In this document: positions 10,280 to 19,803 of the stretch, piece by piece
How positions within the stretch are numbered: position 1 is the stretch's first letter
Layout of the letters: every line of letters begins with the position of its first letter
Position numbers and translations under genes: made by a program
Origin: Lachnospiraceae bacterium
Lineage (GTDB): Bacteria; Bacillota; Clostridia; Lachnospirales; Lachnospiraceae
DNA length: 64,000 bases
Direction of reading: 5' to 3'
Assembly (NCBI GenBank): GCA_022510705.1
Contig: JAFLSX010000001.1
Span: 13,736 to 77,735 of the forward strand
The notes under the pieces: generated by a model
Database searches by the model: none
Seen by the model: only the letters and a program-made list of their open reading frames with translations
What the model was told of the DNA's origin: nothing

Positions 10280-10990
10280 ATGAGGTACAGCGGATTGATA
10301 CAGGAAAATATCAAGGCAGTACAGGAGAATATTGCAAATGCCTGCGCGAAGGTTTCCCGTTTGGGTAAGGATGTAAACCTGATAGCCGTCAGTAAGACAA
10401 AGCCCCTGGAATTATTGCAGGAGGCCTATGCAGCCGGATGCCGGGATTTTGGAGAAAACAAGGTACAGGAGCTTGTCGACAAGTATGAAGCAATGCCTAA
10501 GGATATCCGCTGGCATATGATAGGCCATTTACAGCGTAATAAAGTCAAGTATCTGGTAGGAAAAGTCTGGTTAATTCACAGCGTGGACTCCTATAGGCTG
10601 GCAGAGGAAATCAGTAAGGAGGCAGTTAAAAAAGGAGTATCCGTTAATATTCTCATAGAAGTCAATGTGGCAGAAGAGGAAAGCAAATTTGGTTTAAGCT
10701 GTCCGGAAACGATTGATCTGATTAAAAAAATTGCCGTTTTACCGGGCATTTTTGTCAAAGGATTGATGACAGTAGCACCATATGTAGAAAATTCTGAAGA
10801 AAATAGACAACATTTTGTGAATTTACGCAAATTATCTGTTGACATAAAGAAGCAAAACATTGATAATGTTAGTATGGATATTTTATCGATGGGGATGACC
10901 GGAGATTATATGGTTGCCATCGAGGAGGGAGCCACCCATGTAAGGGTGGGGACCGGTATCTTTGGAGAAAGGACCTATAGCATCAGCTAG
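10280..10990 (+). CDS. yggS: YggS/YlmE family PLP homeostasis protein
   Basis: AVSKT, FGENKVQE, WHMIGHLQRNK, LSMGMT, VRVGTGIFG. Confidence 0.95.
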   Translation: MRYSGLIQENIKAVQENIANACAKVSRLGKDVNLIAVSKTKPLELLQEAYAAGCRDFGENKVQELVDKYEAMPKDIRWHMIGHLQRNKVKYLVGKVWLIHSVDSYRLAEEISKEAVKKGVSVNILIEVNVAEEESKFGLSCPETIDLIKKIAVLPGIFVKGLMTVAPYVENSEENRQHFVNLRKLSVDIKKQNIDNVSMDILSMGMTGDYMVAIEEGATHVRVGTGIFGERTYSIS

Positions 10991-11031
10991 TATCTTCAAC
11001 TGGCTAGAAAGCAAATAAGGAGAGAATGATT

Positions 11032-11544
11032 ATGGGAGTTATGGACAAGTTTTTGAACTATATGAAACTGAATGATGAGGATGAATATGAAACAGATGAC
11101 GATTATTTGGATGATGATGATTATGTAGAGTCATCTCAGGCGAAAAAAGCCGTTAAAGAAAGCGATGGTGAGGATAGAGGCGTAGCCAGAAAGCCGATGA
11201 CTAAGGTGACACCCATGCCGAAAGGCAATACGCGCCGGGTTCAGAGTGGCAGCGGTATGAATGTCTGTGTGATCAAACCTACCTCCGTAGAGGATGCCAG
11301 AGAGATTACGCTGACACTTTTATCCAATCAGACAGTTGTTTTGAACCTGGAAGGATTGGATGTGGATATAGCGCAGAGAATTATCGATTTTACTTCCGGT
11401 TCCTGTTTTGCGATCAGTGGTAATCTGCAGAAAATTTCCCACTATATCTTTATTATTACACCATCCACTGTAGATATCTCGGGAGATTTCCAAGACATCT
11501 TAAATGGCGGATCCTTTGAGGTTCCTCTTAACAACGGATATTAA
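11032..11544 (+). CDS. sepF: Cell division protein SepF
   Basis: N-terminal amphipathic helix, acidic linker, VVLNL..AQRIIDF..G; follows yggS; second ATG chosen for RBS spacing. Confidence 0.93.
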   Translation: MGVMDKFLNYMKLNDEDEYETDDDYLDDDDYVESSQAKKAVKESDGEDRGVARKPMTKVTPMPKGNTRRVQSGSGMNVCVIKPTSVEDAREITLTLLSNQTVVLNLEGLDVDIAQRIIDFTSGSCFAISGNLQKISHYIFIITPSTVDISGDFQDILNGGSFEVPLNNGY

Positions 11545-11558
11545 TACATAGTAGATAT

Positions 11559-11587
11559 AAAGGACAGATACTCTTATCTGTCCTTTT
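11559..11587 (+). terminator. Intrinsic terminator after sepF
   Basis: AAAGGACAGATA-ctct-TATCTGTCCTTTT. Confidence 0.8.
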
Positions 11588-11626
11588 AAAAAGCAGGAAG
11601 GAAACGGCAGGACCGTTAAAAATAGT

Positions 11627-12739
11627 ATGGATACGAACAGATTGCAGATTATGTATGAAAAGAAACCCTCCTATGAGATTGTATTCGAACCCTCTTTTGA
11701 CAGGCTTGCAGAGGAACTTACAGCTCTTGACATTGCAGATAGGAAGCTCTGCATCATAACTGATTCCAATGTAGAAAAGCTCTATGGGGAAGAAGTCTTA
11801 GGAATGCTCTCTGCATGCTGCAGGAGAGCGGTACTTTTCTCGGTTCCGGCAGGAGAGGAAAACAAGAATCTGGACAATGTGAAAAAGGCCTATGAGTTTT
11901 TGATCAAAGAGGGATTTCACAGAAAGGATATGTTGGTTGCGTTAGGAGGTGGCGTCATCGGTGATATGACCGGCTTTATTGCAGCCACCTATCTGCGGGG
12001 AGTTGATTTTGTACAGGTTCCCACCACACTTTTAGCGCAAGCAGACAGTTCCATCGGTGGGAAAACAGGCGTAGATTTTGACGGTTATAAAAATATGGTA
12101 GGAGCATTTAAAATGCCCCGGCTGGTCTATATGAATATTTCTACCTTAAAAACGTTAGAGGAGAGACAGTTCTTTTCAGGCTTTGCAGAAGTTATGAAAT
12201 ACGGATTGATCAAGGACGAGACGTTTTATGTCTGGCTTTTGGATAAAATGTATGAAATTTGTGAAAAGGATACGGACGTACTCTCAGAGATGGTACAGAG
12301 AAGCTGTGCGATCAAAAAACAGGTGGTGGAGAAAGATCCTTTGGAAAAGGGAGAGCGTGCTCTGCTAAACTTTGGGCATACGATTGGACATGCCATAGAA
12401 AAAGCCAGGAATTTTAACCTATATCACGGTGAATGCGTGGCATTGGGGGCGGTGGCAGCGGCCTATATTTCCTATAAACGCGGTATGCTTCATATGGAAG
12501 AATATTACGAGATAAGGGATATGTTCGTACCTTTCAATCTGCCCATCAGTGTGGAGGATATTGTGCCGGAGGAAATTACTGCATTGACCCGCTCCGATAA
12601 AAAAGCCGAAGCAGGTCATGTTAAATTTGTATTATTAAAGAAAATCGGTAAGGCAGTGATTGATACGACGGTTACGGAGCAGGAAATCACGGATGCTGTA
12701 AGAGAAATTTATTTTAGTGAAGAGGATGCACATGAATAA
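11627..12739 (+). CDS. aroB: 3-dehydroquinate synthase
   Basis: GGGVIGD, PTTLLAQADSSIGGKTG, LNFGHTIGHA, HGECVA. Confidence 0.96.
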   Translation: MDTNRLQIMYEKKPSYEIVFEPSFDRLAEELTALDIADRKLCIITDSNVEKLYGEEVLGMLSACCRRAVLFSVPAGEENKNLDNVKKAYEFLIKEGFHRKDMLVALGGGVIGDMTGFIAATYLRGVDFVQVPTTLLAQADSSIGGKTGVDFDGYKNMVGAFKMPRLVYMNISTLKTLEERQFFSGFAEVMKYGLIKDETFYVWLLDKMYEICEKDTDVLSEMVQRSCAIKKQVVEKDPLEKGERALLNFGHTIGHAIEKARNFNLYHGECVALGAVAAAYISYKRGMLHMEEYYEIRDMFVPFNLPISVEDIVPEEITALTRSDKKAEAGHVKFVLLKKIGKAVIDTTVTEQEITDAVREIYFSEEDAHE

Positions 12740-13304
12740 AGCAAAAGCAGGGACGGTAAAAGATAATTTCTTCAAAAAAAATAGTGTGAAATTAAAATGG
12801 ATGGGAATCTTTGTGCTATGTATGTCTGCTGCCATTCTTGTGGATCAGTGGACGAAACAGTTAGCCCTTACCCATCTGATGGGTAAGGAAGCATTTTCCT
12901 TGATAAACGGTGTTTTAGAGTTGCAGTTTTTTTCCAATACCGGAATTGCCTGGAGTATGTTAAACGGCCAAACCGTATTTATTCTTTTTACGGGCATAAT
13001 ATTTCTGGCAGTGATCTTATTTATGATCATTAAGCTGCCGGAAGCTTCCAAATTTCATATTTTATATATTTTGGGCGGCATTCTTACCGGTGGCGCACTG
13101 GGAAATATGATAGACCGTATTCGTTTGGGTTATGTGGTTGACTTTATTTCCTTTGTGCTGATACATTTTCCCATTTTCAATGTGGCGGATATGTGTATTG
13201 TTTGTTCGGTTATTGTTTTAGGTGCCTTGTTCTTATTTTACTATAAAGAGGAGGATCTATCCTTTTTGAACTTTAAACAGAAAAAATTCCGTGAAGTAAA
13301 GTAG
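12732..13304 (+). CDS. lspA: Lipoprotein signal peptidase II
   Basis: DQWTK, NTGIAW, GALGNMIDR, VVDF, FNVAD; start codon uncertain (12717-12732). Confidence 0.94.
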   Translation: MNKAKAGTVKDNFFKKNSVKLKWMGIFVLCMSAAILVDQWTKQLALTHLMGKEAFSLINGVLELQFFSNTGIAWSMLNGQTVFILFTGIIFLAVILFMIIKLPEASKFHILYILGGILTGGALGNMIDRIRLGYVVDFISFVLIHFPIFNVADMCIVCSVIVLGALFLFYYKEEDLSFLNFKQKKFREVK

Positions 13305-13307
13305 AAG

Positions 13308-14219
13308 ATGATGGATGAATTTCGATTTCAAATAACAGAAGAGCTGGAAGATGAGAGGATCGATAAGTGTATGAGTATGCTTATCGATTCTTTATCCCGC
13401 TCTTATATTCAAAAGTTGATAAAAGAAGAGGCTGTTACGGTAAATGGAAGTCCAGTGAAGGGGAGTTATCGGGTAAAGACGGACGACGAGGTGGCCTTTT
13501 GTCTGCCGGAAGCGGTGGAACCGTCCATAGAGGCGGAGAATATTCCCTTGGATATTCTGTATGAGGATAAGGATGTCATTGTGGTAAATAAGCCTAAGGG
13601 AATGGTGGTACACCCTGCTGCAGGGCATTACAGCGGCACGTTGGTAAATGCCCTGTTGTATCATTGTGGCAGTGAACTGTCGGGAATCAATGGCTGTATG
13701 CGTCCCGGTATTGTGCACCGAATTGATAAAGACACCACCGGTTCCTTGGTCGTCTGCAAAAACGATTTGGCACACAGATGTATTGCCGAACAATTAAAGG
13801 AGCACTCCATTCAACGCAAATATCTGGCCATATGCCATGGCGTTTTAAAACAACAGGAGGATACCATAGACAAGCCCATTGGCAGGCATCCCACAGACAG
13901 GAAGAAAATGGCAGTGAACGAGAAAGGTAAATCCGCCATTACCCATTATCGTGTTTTGCAGCGCTTTGAGAAATATACCTATTTAGAATGTGTGCTGGAA
14001 ACCGGAAGAACTCACCAAATACGTGTCCATATGGCTTCCATAGGACATCCGCTTTTGGGAGATGAGGTTTATTCTTCCCTTGCCTCCCCGTTTAAGCTGG
14101 AAGGACAGGTATTGCATGCACAGACCCTGGGCTTTGTCCATCCGTCCACCGGCACTTATATTCAGGTGGAAGCTGATTTGCCGGAGTATTTTTCTCACCT
14201 GCTGCAGGTACTGAAATAA
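13308..14219 (+). CDS. rluD: RluA/RluD family 23S rRNA pseudouridine synthase
   Basis: S4 domain, NKPKGMVVHP, HRIDKDT, GRTHQIRVH; canonical position after lspA. Confidence 0.85.
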   Translation: MMDEFRFQITEELEDERIDKCMSMLIDSLSRSYIQKLIKEEAVTVNGSPVKGSYRVKTDDEVAFCLPEAVEPSIEAENIPLDILYEDKDVIVVNKPKGMVVHPAAGHYSGTLVNALLYHCGSELSGINGCMRPGIVHRIDKDTTGSLVVCKNDLAHRCIAEQLKEHSIQRKYLAICHGVLKQQEDTIDKPIGRHPTDRKKMAVNEKGKSAITHYRVLQRFEKYTYLECVLETGRTHQIRVHMASIGHPLLGDEVYSSLASPFKLEGQVLHAQTLGFVHPSTGTYIQVEADLPEYFSHLLQVLK

Positions 14220-14348
14220 TCTTTGATACAAACGGTATTGTACACTGTTGATATTGCCTAAAATATGCAATTAATGCTGGAAATCCACCGTTAAATTGTA
14301 TATAATGATACTATGAATGTACCACATATAGAAAGGCAGGTATTGCAT

Positions 14349-14981
14349 ATGGATACAGTGATCACAATAGGACGCCAGTTTGGCAGCGGAGGACGGGAAA
14401 TCGGCGAAAAAGTTGCGGAGTATTTCGGTATTAAATGCTATGATAAGGAGCTGCTGTCCAGAGCGGCAAAGGAAAGCGGTTTCTGCGAAGAAATGATTGA
14501 AAATCACGACGAACGCCCCACAAATTCCTTTTTATATAATCTGGTAATGGATACGTATTCTTTCGGCTATAACGCATCTTCCTTTGTAGATATGCCCATC
14601 AGCCATAAAGTTTTTCTGGCACAGTTTGATACCATCAAGAAGATTGCGGATGAAGGTCCCTGTGTGATCGTTGGACGCTGTGCGGATTATGCACTTGCCG
14701 ATTATAAAAATTGTATTCATTTATTTATATATGGTGACGAGGATACCAAGATAGGCAGGATCATGAAGAAATATGACCTTACGGAAAATAAGGCCAGGGA
14801 CATGATCATTAAAAAAGATAAACAGCGTCAGAGTTATTACAATTACTATTCCTCCAAAAAATGGGGCAGGGCGGACAGTTATGATCTGTGCATCAACAGC
14901 AGCGTCCTGGGTGTGGAAGGTACAGTGAAGCTGATTGCACAGTATATAGAGGATTTTGAAAAGCTGGGCAAAAATACTTGA
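14349..14981 (+). CDS. Cytidylate-kinase-like family protein (paralog 1)
   Basis: ITIGRQFGSGG, VIVGRCADY, D..R..YY, YDLCIN. Confidence 0.85.
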   Translation: MDTVITIGRQFGSGGREIGEKVAEYFGIKCYDKELLSRAAKESGFCEEMIENHDERPTNSFLYNLVMDTYSFGYNASSFVDMPISHKVFLAQFDTIKKIADEGPCVIVGRCADYALADYKNCIHLFIYGDEDTKIGRIMKKYDLTENKARDMIIKKDKQRQSYYNYYSSKKWGRADSYDLCINSSVLGVEGTVKLIAQYIEDFEKLGKNT

Positions 14982-15018
14982 CAAAATACTTGACAAGGTA
15001 TTACCGCAATGATATGAT
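14971..15018 (+). promoter_or_regulatory. Sigma-A promoter of the rplU operon, with a 12-bp tandem duplication carrying two TTGACA boxes
   Basis: AAAATACTTGAC x2 (14971-14994); TTGACA 14990-14995, 17 bp, TGnTATGAT with -10 at 15013-15018. Confidence 0.8.
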
Positions 15019-15024
15019 GTTTGA

Positions 15025-15120
15025 GTATGCCGCATAACGAGGTAGAAGTGCGTCCTTATGACGCCACCGCAGTTAGCGAGTAAATGAGATGAGGTGTAAA
15101 AGCCGAAGCTCATGAATAGG
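15025..15120 (+). promoter_or_regulatory. Probable ribosomal protein L21 leader RNA
   Basis: About 100-nt relatively GC-rich untranslated leader between the promoter and the rplU RBS; L21 leaders are known at this position in Firmicutes; not folded computationally. Confidence 0.55.
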
Positions 15121-15129
15121 AGGTGCCTT

Positions 15130-15435
15130 ATGTACGCAATTATTGCAACAGGTGGAAAGCAGTATAAGGTTGCTGAGGGTGATGTTCTCAAGGTTGAGAA
15201 ACTGGATGCCGAAGCAGGCAGTACCGTTACTTTTGACCAGGTTGTCGCAGTAAGCGACGGTTCTTTGAAAGTTGGCAAAGACGTAGCGAAAGCAAGCGTT
15301 ACCGCAACTGTCGTAGAGCAGGGTCGTGGCAAGAAGGTTATTGTATACAAATACAAGAGAAAAACCGGCTACCACAAGAAGAACGGTCACAGACAAGCAT
15401 ACACTCAGGTTAAGATTGATAAGATTAACGCATAA
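15130..15435 (+). CDS. rplU: 50S ribosomal protein L21
   Basis: [14 protein letters not shown]...GHRQAYT; RBS aggaggt. Confidence 0.98.
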   Translation: MYAIIATGGKQYKVAEGDVLKVEKLDAEAGSTVTFDQVVAVSDGSLKVGKDVAKASVTATVVEQGRGKKVIVYKYKRKTGYHKKNGHRQAYTQVKIDKINA

Positions 15436-15447
15436 TGAGAAGAGCGT

Positions 15448-15777
15448 ATGACGACGATTATAATCGGTAAGGATCGAAACGGTGCTTACAAGGAAATTAC
15501 CTGTTTGGGACATACCGGGTATGCGGCTTCCGGAAAAGATATTGTATGCGCTTCGGTATCGGTACTTGTTATCAACACGATCAATGCGCTGGAGGAGCTG
15601 GCAGGTGAGCATTTTATAACAACTGTCAGAGAAGAGGAAGGCTATATACAGTGTAAGTTTGACGGTCCCATGCAGGAAAAATCCGTTTTTCTTTTGGATG
15701 CTATGGTATATGGACTTAAAAATATCCGTAAGGAATACGGTAAGAAGTATTTACAAGTTCAATTTAAGGAGGTGTAG
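15448..15777 (+). CDS. prp: Ribosomal-processing cysteine protease Prp (YsxB)
   Basis: GH..Y...G.DIVCASVS catalytic motif; between rplU and rpmA. Confidence 0.93.
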   Translation: MTTIIIGKDRNGAYKEITCLGHTGYAASGKDIVCASVSVLVINTINALEELAGEHFITTVREEEGYIQCKFDGPMQEKSVFLLDAMVYGLKNIRKEYGKKYLQVQFKEV

Positions 15778-15781
15778 AACA

Positions 15782-16066
15782 ATGTTAAATATGAACCTTC
15801 AATTTTTTGCTCATAAGAAGGGTGTTGGTTCTACTAAGAACGGTAGAGATTCCGAATCCAAGAGATTAGGAGCGAAGAGAGCTGACGGCCAGTTTGTAAA
15901 AGCTGGTAATATCTTATACAGACAGCGCGGTACCAGGATTCATCCGGGTATCAACGTGGGTATCGGCGGTGATGATACTTTGTTCGCCAAGGTGGACGGT
16001 GTCCTGAGATTTGAAAGAAAAGGCAGGGACAAGAAACAGGCTTCCGTATATCCTGTGGAAAAATAA
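15782..16066 (+). CDS. rpmA: 50S ribosomal protein L27 with a Prp-cleaved N-terminal extension
   Basis: [24 protein letters not shown]; RBS aaggaggt; ORF-track start 15659 is a spurious extension. Confidence 0.98.
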   Translation: MLNMNLQFFAHKKGVGSTKNGRDSESKRLGAKRADGQFVKAGNILYRQRGTRIHPGINVGIGGDDTLFAKVDGVLRFERKGRDKKQASVYPVEK

Positions 16067-16083
16067 GATTTGTGCAGTAGACC

Positions 16084-16116
16084 TGGGCTTCAAACAGTCG
16101 TTTGAAGCCCATTTTT
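16084..16116 (+). terminator. Intrinsic terminator after rpmA
   Basis: TGGGCTTCAAAC-agtc-GTTTGAAGCCCA-TTTTT. Confidence 0.85.
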
Positions 16117-16147
16117 AAAGTGAATGATTTATCTAAAGGAGTTTCTT

Positions 16148-17434
16148 ATGTTTGCAGACAGAGCCACAATCTATGTAAAAAGCGGCAAGGGCGGTGACGG
16201 ACATGTGTCCTTCAGAAGAGAGAAGTTTGTTGCAAACGGCGGGCCCGACGGCGGTGACGGCGGCAAGGGCGGTGACGTCATTTTTGTTGTGGACGAGGGC
16301 CTGAATACCTTGACGGATTTCAGACACATCCGTAAATATCAGGCTGAAAATGGGGAAGAAGGCGGTAAGAAAAACTGCCGCGGCAAAAACGGTGCGGATA
16401 TTGTGATCAAGGTACCGGAAGGAACCGTGATAAAAGAAGCCGACAGCGGTAAGGTCATTACGGATATGTCGGGAGATAATAAAAGAGTGATACTTCTAAA
16501 AGGAGGAAGGGGCGGTAACGGTAATCAGCACTATGCGACTCCCACCATGCAGGTTCCCCGCTATGCCCAGCCCGGACAGCCGGCTAAGGAGCTGACCTTG
16601 ACATTGGAGTTGAAGGTGATTGCAGATGTGGGACTGGTAGGCTTTCCCAATGTTGGGAAATCCACCTTTTTATCCAGAGTGACCAATGCCAGACCCAAGA
16701 TCGCAAATTATCATTTTACTACCTTAAATCCCAATTTAGGCGTGGTGGATATGGATGGAAACGGCTTTGTCATTGCAGATATTCCGGGCCTGATTGAAGG
16801 CGCTTCCGAGGGTGTAGGACTGGGGTATGAGTTTCTCAGGCATATTGAGCGTACAAAAGTGCTCATCCATATGGTGGATGCTGCCGGTACGGAAGGGCGG
16901 GATCCCATTGAGGATATTTATGCGATCAATAAGGAACTGGGAGCATATAATCCGGAAATAGCAGCACGTCCTCAGGTGATAGCAGCTAACAAAATTGACA
17001 TGTTCTATGAGGGAGAAAATGAGACCATAGAAAAGCTGCGTCGGGAATTTGAAGGAAAAGGTATTATGGTTTTTCCGATTTCCGCCGTGAGCGGCAAAGG
17101 TGTAAAGGAATTGCTCTATAAAGTGAGGGGAATGTTGGATGAATTGGATACCAAGCCCGTCATCTTTGAACAGGAATACTTTCCGGAATGGGATCTTAAG
17201 TCTGCGGACGAGCCCTATACGGTTGTCTACGATGAAAAAGAGGATGAATATGTCATTGAAGGTCCCCGTATAGAGAAGATGTTGGGATATACGAATCTGG
17301 AGAGTGAAAAAGGATTTACCTTCTTCCAGAATTTCTTGAAAGATAATGGCATATTAGAGGAACTGGAGGCTCTGGGTATTGAAGAAGGGGATACCGTGCG
17401 AATGTACGGACTTTCCTTTGACTACTATAAATAA
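16148..17434 (+). CDS. obgE: GTPase ObgE/CgtA
   Basis: Gly-rich Obg domain, GFPNVGKS, DIPG, NKID, C-terminal OCT domain. Confidence 0.97.
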   Translation: MFADRATIYVKSGKGGDGHVSFRREKFVANGGPDGGDGGKGGDVIFVVDEGLNTLTDFRHIRKYQAENGEEGGKKNCRGKNGADIVIKVPEGTVIKEADSGKVITDMSGDNKRVILLKGGRGGNGNQHYATPTMQVPRYAQPGQPAKELTLTLELKVIADVGLVGFPNVGKSTFLSRVTNARPKIANYHFTTLNPNLGVVDMDGNGFVIADIPGLIEGASEGVGLGYEFLRHIERTKVLIHMVDAAGTEGRDPIEDIYAINKELGAYNPEIAARPQVIAANKIDMFYEGENETIEKLRREFEGKGIMVFPISAVSGKGVKELLYKVRGMLDELDTKPVIFEQEYFPEWDLKSADEPYTVVYDEKEDEYVIEGPRIEKMLGYTNLESEKGFTFFQNFLKDNGILEELEALGIEEGDTVRMYGLSFDYYK

Positions 17435-17460
17435 TATTAATATAGGAGAAAAGCAGTATT

Positions 17461-17751
17461 ATGACGAGTAAACAACGTGCTTATTTAAAAAGCCTTGCCA
17501 GTACCATGGAACCTATTTTTCAGATTGGAAAGGCATCTTTGACCCCGGAGGTTACGGAAGCAATTGCAGAAGCTTTTCACACCCATGAACTGTTTAAAGT
17601 AGCAGTTTTAAAGAATTGTATGGATGATCCGAAGGAAATTGCGGCTATACTGGCCGAGCGGACGCAGTCACAGGTGGTACAGGTGATCGGAAAGAAGATC
17701 ATTCTATATAAAGAGAATAAAGACAATAAGAAGATATTCCTTCCCAAATAA
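17461..17751 (+). CDS. yhbY: CRM-domain RNA-binding protein YhbY
   Basis: KQRAYL, QIGK, HELFKV, VQVIG. Confidence 0.92.
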   Translation: MTSKQRAYLKSLASTMEPIFQIGKASLTPEVTEAIAEAFHTHELFKVAVLKNCMDDPKEIAAILAERTQSQVVQVIGKKIILYKENKDNKKIFLPK

Positions 17752-17756
17752 GGAGA

Positions 17757-18374
17757 ATGAATCGTATGAGTCAGAAAAAGATCGGTATTATGGGAGGAAC
17801 TTTCAATCCCATTCATACAGGGCATTTGCTCTTGGCACAGGAGGCTTTGGAAGAAGCAAAACTGACACAGGTTTGTTTCCTGCCAAGCGGTGTATCTTAT
17901 TTAAAGAAGGATGATCACATATTAGACGCAGTGCACCGGCTGCATCTGACAGAGCTTGCCGTCTCGGACAATCCGAATTTTTCAGTTTCGGACATGGAAA
18001 TCAAAAGAAGCGGAAACACTTATACCTGCGATACCCTAAAGCAGTTAAACGAAGAGCAGCCTGAGACCGACTTTTATTTTATTTTGGGAGCGGACTGCCT
18101 CTTTAGTATGGAAACCTGGTACCATCCGGAGGAAATATTTTCTTCCTGCAAAATTTTAGCGGCTGTAAGGGATGACTTGAAGCTGTCTGATCTGGAAGAA
18201 AAAGCCGATGAACTGAGAAACCGATTTGATGCGGAGATTTTCCTGCTCCATCTGCCACGGATTGATATTTCCTCTACGGACATAAGAGAACGTTTGAAGG
18301 CCGGTAAAAGTATTCAATACATGGTGCCGGAAGCAGTGCGTGACTATATCCTGCAAAATCATTTATATCAATAA
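17757..18374 (+). CDS. nadD: Nicotinate-nucleotide adenylyltransferase
   Basis: GGTFNPIHTGH, FILGAD, ISSTDIR. Confidence 0.95.
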   Translation: MNRMSQKKIGIMGGTFNPIHTGHLLLAQEALEEAKLTQVCFLPSGVSYLKKDDHILDAVHRLHLTELAVSDNPNFSVSDMEIKRSGNTYTCDTLKQLNEEQPETDFYFILGADCLFSMETWYHPEEIFSSCKILAAVRDDLKLSDLEEKADELRNRFDAEIFLLHLPRIDISSTDIRERLKAGKSIQYMVPEAVRDYILQNHLYQ

Positions 18375-18385
18375 CGGGGGTGTGT

Positions 18386-19006
18386 ATGAAAGTAACAGAC
18401 ATTAGAAAAATCAGGAAAGCAATGGAAAAGGTACAGGATGCAAAACGCTTTGAACATACCCTTGGCGTGACATATACTGCAACAGCCCTGGCCATGCGTT
18501 ATGACGCGTCTATGGAGAATGCAGAACTTGCCGGTTTGCTTCACGACTGTGCTAAATGCATGGATGATAACAAAAAAATCGCTATCTGTGAAAAGCATCA
18601 TATCAGTATGACGGAGTTAGAGAGACGAAATCCCTATCTGCTCCATGCGAAAGTGGGAAGTTTTTTGGCAATGGACATCTATAAAGTGCACAATCCCGAT
18701 ATTATAAACGCAATTTTAAATCATACCACCGGCAGACCGGGCATGTCCCTGCTTGAAAAGATTATTTTTGTGGCAGACTATATTGAACCCCATAGAAAGC
18801 AGGCACCGTCCTTAGCTGAAATCAGGAAGCTTGCCTTTGAGGATCTGGATGAGGCCATGGTTCGCATTTTGGAGGATACGCTGGGATATTTGGATGCTTC
18901 AGAAGCAGAAACAGATCCCATGACAAGAAAAACTTATTTCTATTACATGGCTGAGAAAAAAGAAAGAGAGCAGAAGAAAGGAAACGGAGAAACAGAATGG
19001 ACTTAA
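18386..19006 (+). CDS. yqeK: HD-domain Ap4A hydrolase YqeK
   Basis: RFEHTLGV, LLHDCAK, LLH, HTTG, ADYIEP; follows nadD. Confidence 0.92.
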   Translation: MKVTDIRKIRKAMEKVQDAKRFEHTLGVTYTATALAMRYDASMENAELAGLLHDCAKCMDDNKKIAICEKHHISMTELERRNPYLLHAKVGSFLAMDIYKVHNPDIINAILNHTTGRPGMSLLEKIIFVADYIEPHRKQAPSLAEIRKLAFEDLDEAMVRILEDTLGYLDASEAETDPMTRKTYFYYMAEKKEREQKKGNGETEWT

Positions 19007-19353
19007 ATAATTCCAAAGCAATGGCAAAATTAGCCATTGCGGCATTAGAAGACAAAAAAGCGGAAGATATCCGTTTGATAGACATCAGTGAAGTGTCGGT
19101 AATGGCTGATTTTTTCATCATAGCAAACGGCGCCAACCGCAGCCAGATTCAGGCCATGGCCGACAATGTGGAAGAGACTCTGGGCAGGGCCGGTTATGCG
19201 CTGCGCCAGGTCGAAGGCTACAACACCGCCAATTGGGTTTTAATGGATTTCGGAGATGTGATCATTCATGTTTTTGATAAAGAAAACAGACTATTCTACA
19301 ATCTGGAACGTATTTGGCGGGACGGTAAAATGATAGAGAAAGACGAACTGTAA
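18997..19353 (+). CDS. rsfS: Ribosome silencing factor RsfS
   Basis: DKKAEDI, ADFFII, WVLMDFGDVIIHVF, FYNLERIW. Confidence 0.96.
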   Translation: MDLNNSKAMAKLAIAALEDKKAEDIRLIDISEVSVMADFFIIANGANRSQIQAMADNVEETLGRAGYALRQVEGYNTANWVLMDFGDVIIHVFDKENRLFYNLERIWRDGKMIEKDEL

Positions 19354-19357
19354 ATGA

Positions 19358-19387
19358 GCGGGTATCTCCCCATAGAGAGATACCCGC
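19358..19387. terminator. Stem-loop between convergent rsfS and DUF378 genes
   Basis: GCGGGTATCTC...GAGATACCCGC inverted repeat. Confidence 0.7.
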
Positions 19388-19422
19388 CATTTTGACCCAA
19401 AGGCCATAGATTTTATATTCAT

Positions 19423-19638
19423 TTAAACATTGGATTCATTTTGAGAAATGTTTCCAAAAAAGGTAATTGTATAAAGACCACACAGACCGACAATCACGTA
19501 AATGATACGTGAAATCCATGACATATCGCCGAATAAAAAGGCTACCAGGTCAAAGTTCATAAGACCGATCAGGCCCCAGTTAATGGTGCCGACGATGGAA
19601 ATGATCAATGTGGTAATCGCAAGCCATTTGATATTCAT
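19423..19638 (-). CDS. DUF378 (YuzA-like) small membrane protein
   Basis: IVGTINWGLIGL..FDLVAFLFG...SRIIYVIVGLCGLY; RBS aaggaggt. Confidence 0.9.
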   Translation of the reverse strand: MNIKWLAITTLIISIVGTINWGLIGLMNFDLVAFLFGDMSWISRIIYVIVGLCGLYTITFFGNISQNESNV

Positions 19639-19661
19639 AGTCTACCTCCTTTTTTTGAGAT

Positions 19662-19691
19662 TAGTATCTGTTTTCATTTCTGAAAATATAC
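19662..19691 (-). promoter_or_regulatory. Forespore sigmaG/sigmaF-type promoter of the DUF378 gene
   Basis: Minus strand GTATA-18 bp-GATACTA, close to the sigmaG consensus GNATA-18-CATACTA. Confidence 0.55.
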
Positions 19692-19713
19692 TGTATCTTG
19701 TTTTAAGAAAATA

Positions 19714-19742
19714 TTGACAAAAAATTGCATAAAGTGTATATT
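19714..19742 (+). promoter_or_regulatory. Sigma-A promoter of the liv operon
   Basis: TTGACA 19714-19719, 17 bp, TATATT 19737-19742. Confidence 0.7.
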
Positions 19743-19803
19743 TTATTTTAATTGATTGCCTGTTGTTCATCACGGGGAATCATATGATAAGGAGGAAATT
19801 ATT

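Noticed and set aside
14721-15612. Long antisense ORFs (211 and 179 aa) opposite rplU/prp
   Set aside because: Shadow ORFs typical of highly biased ribosomal protein genes; no RBS or recognisable motifs.
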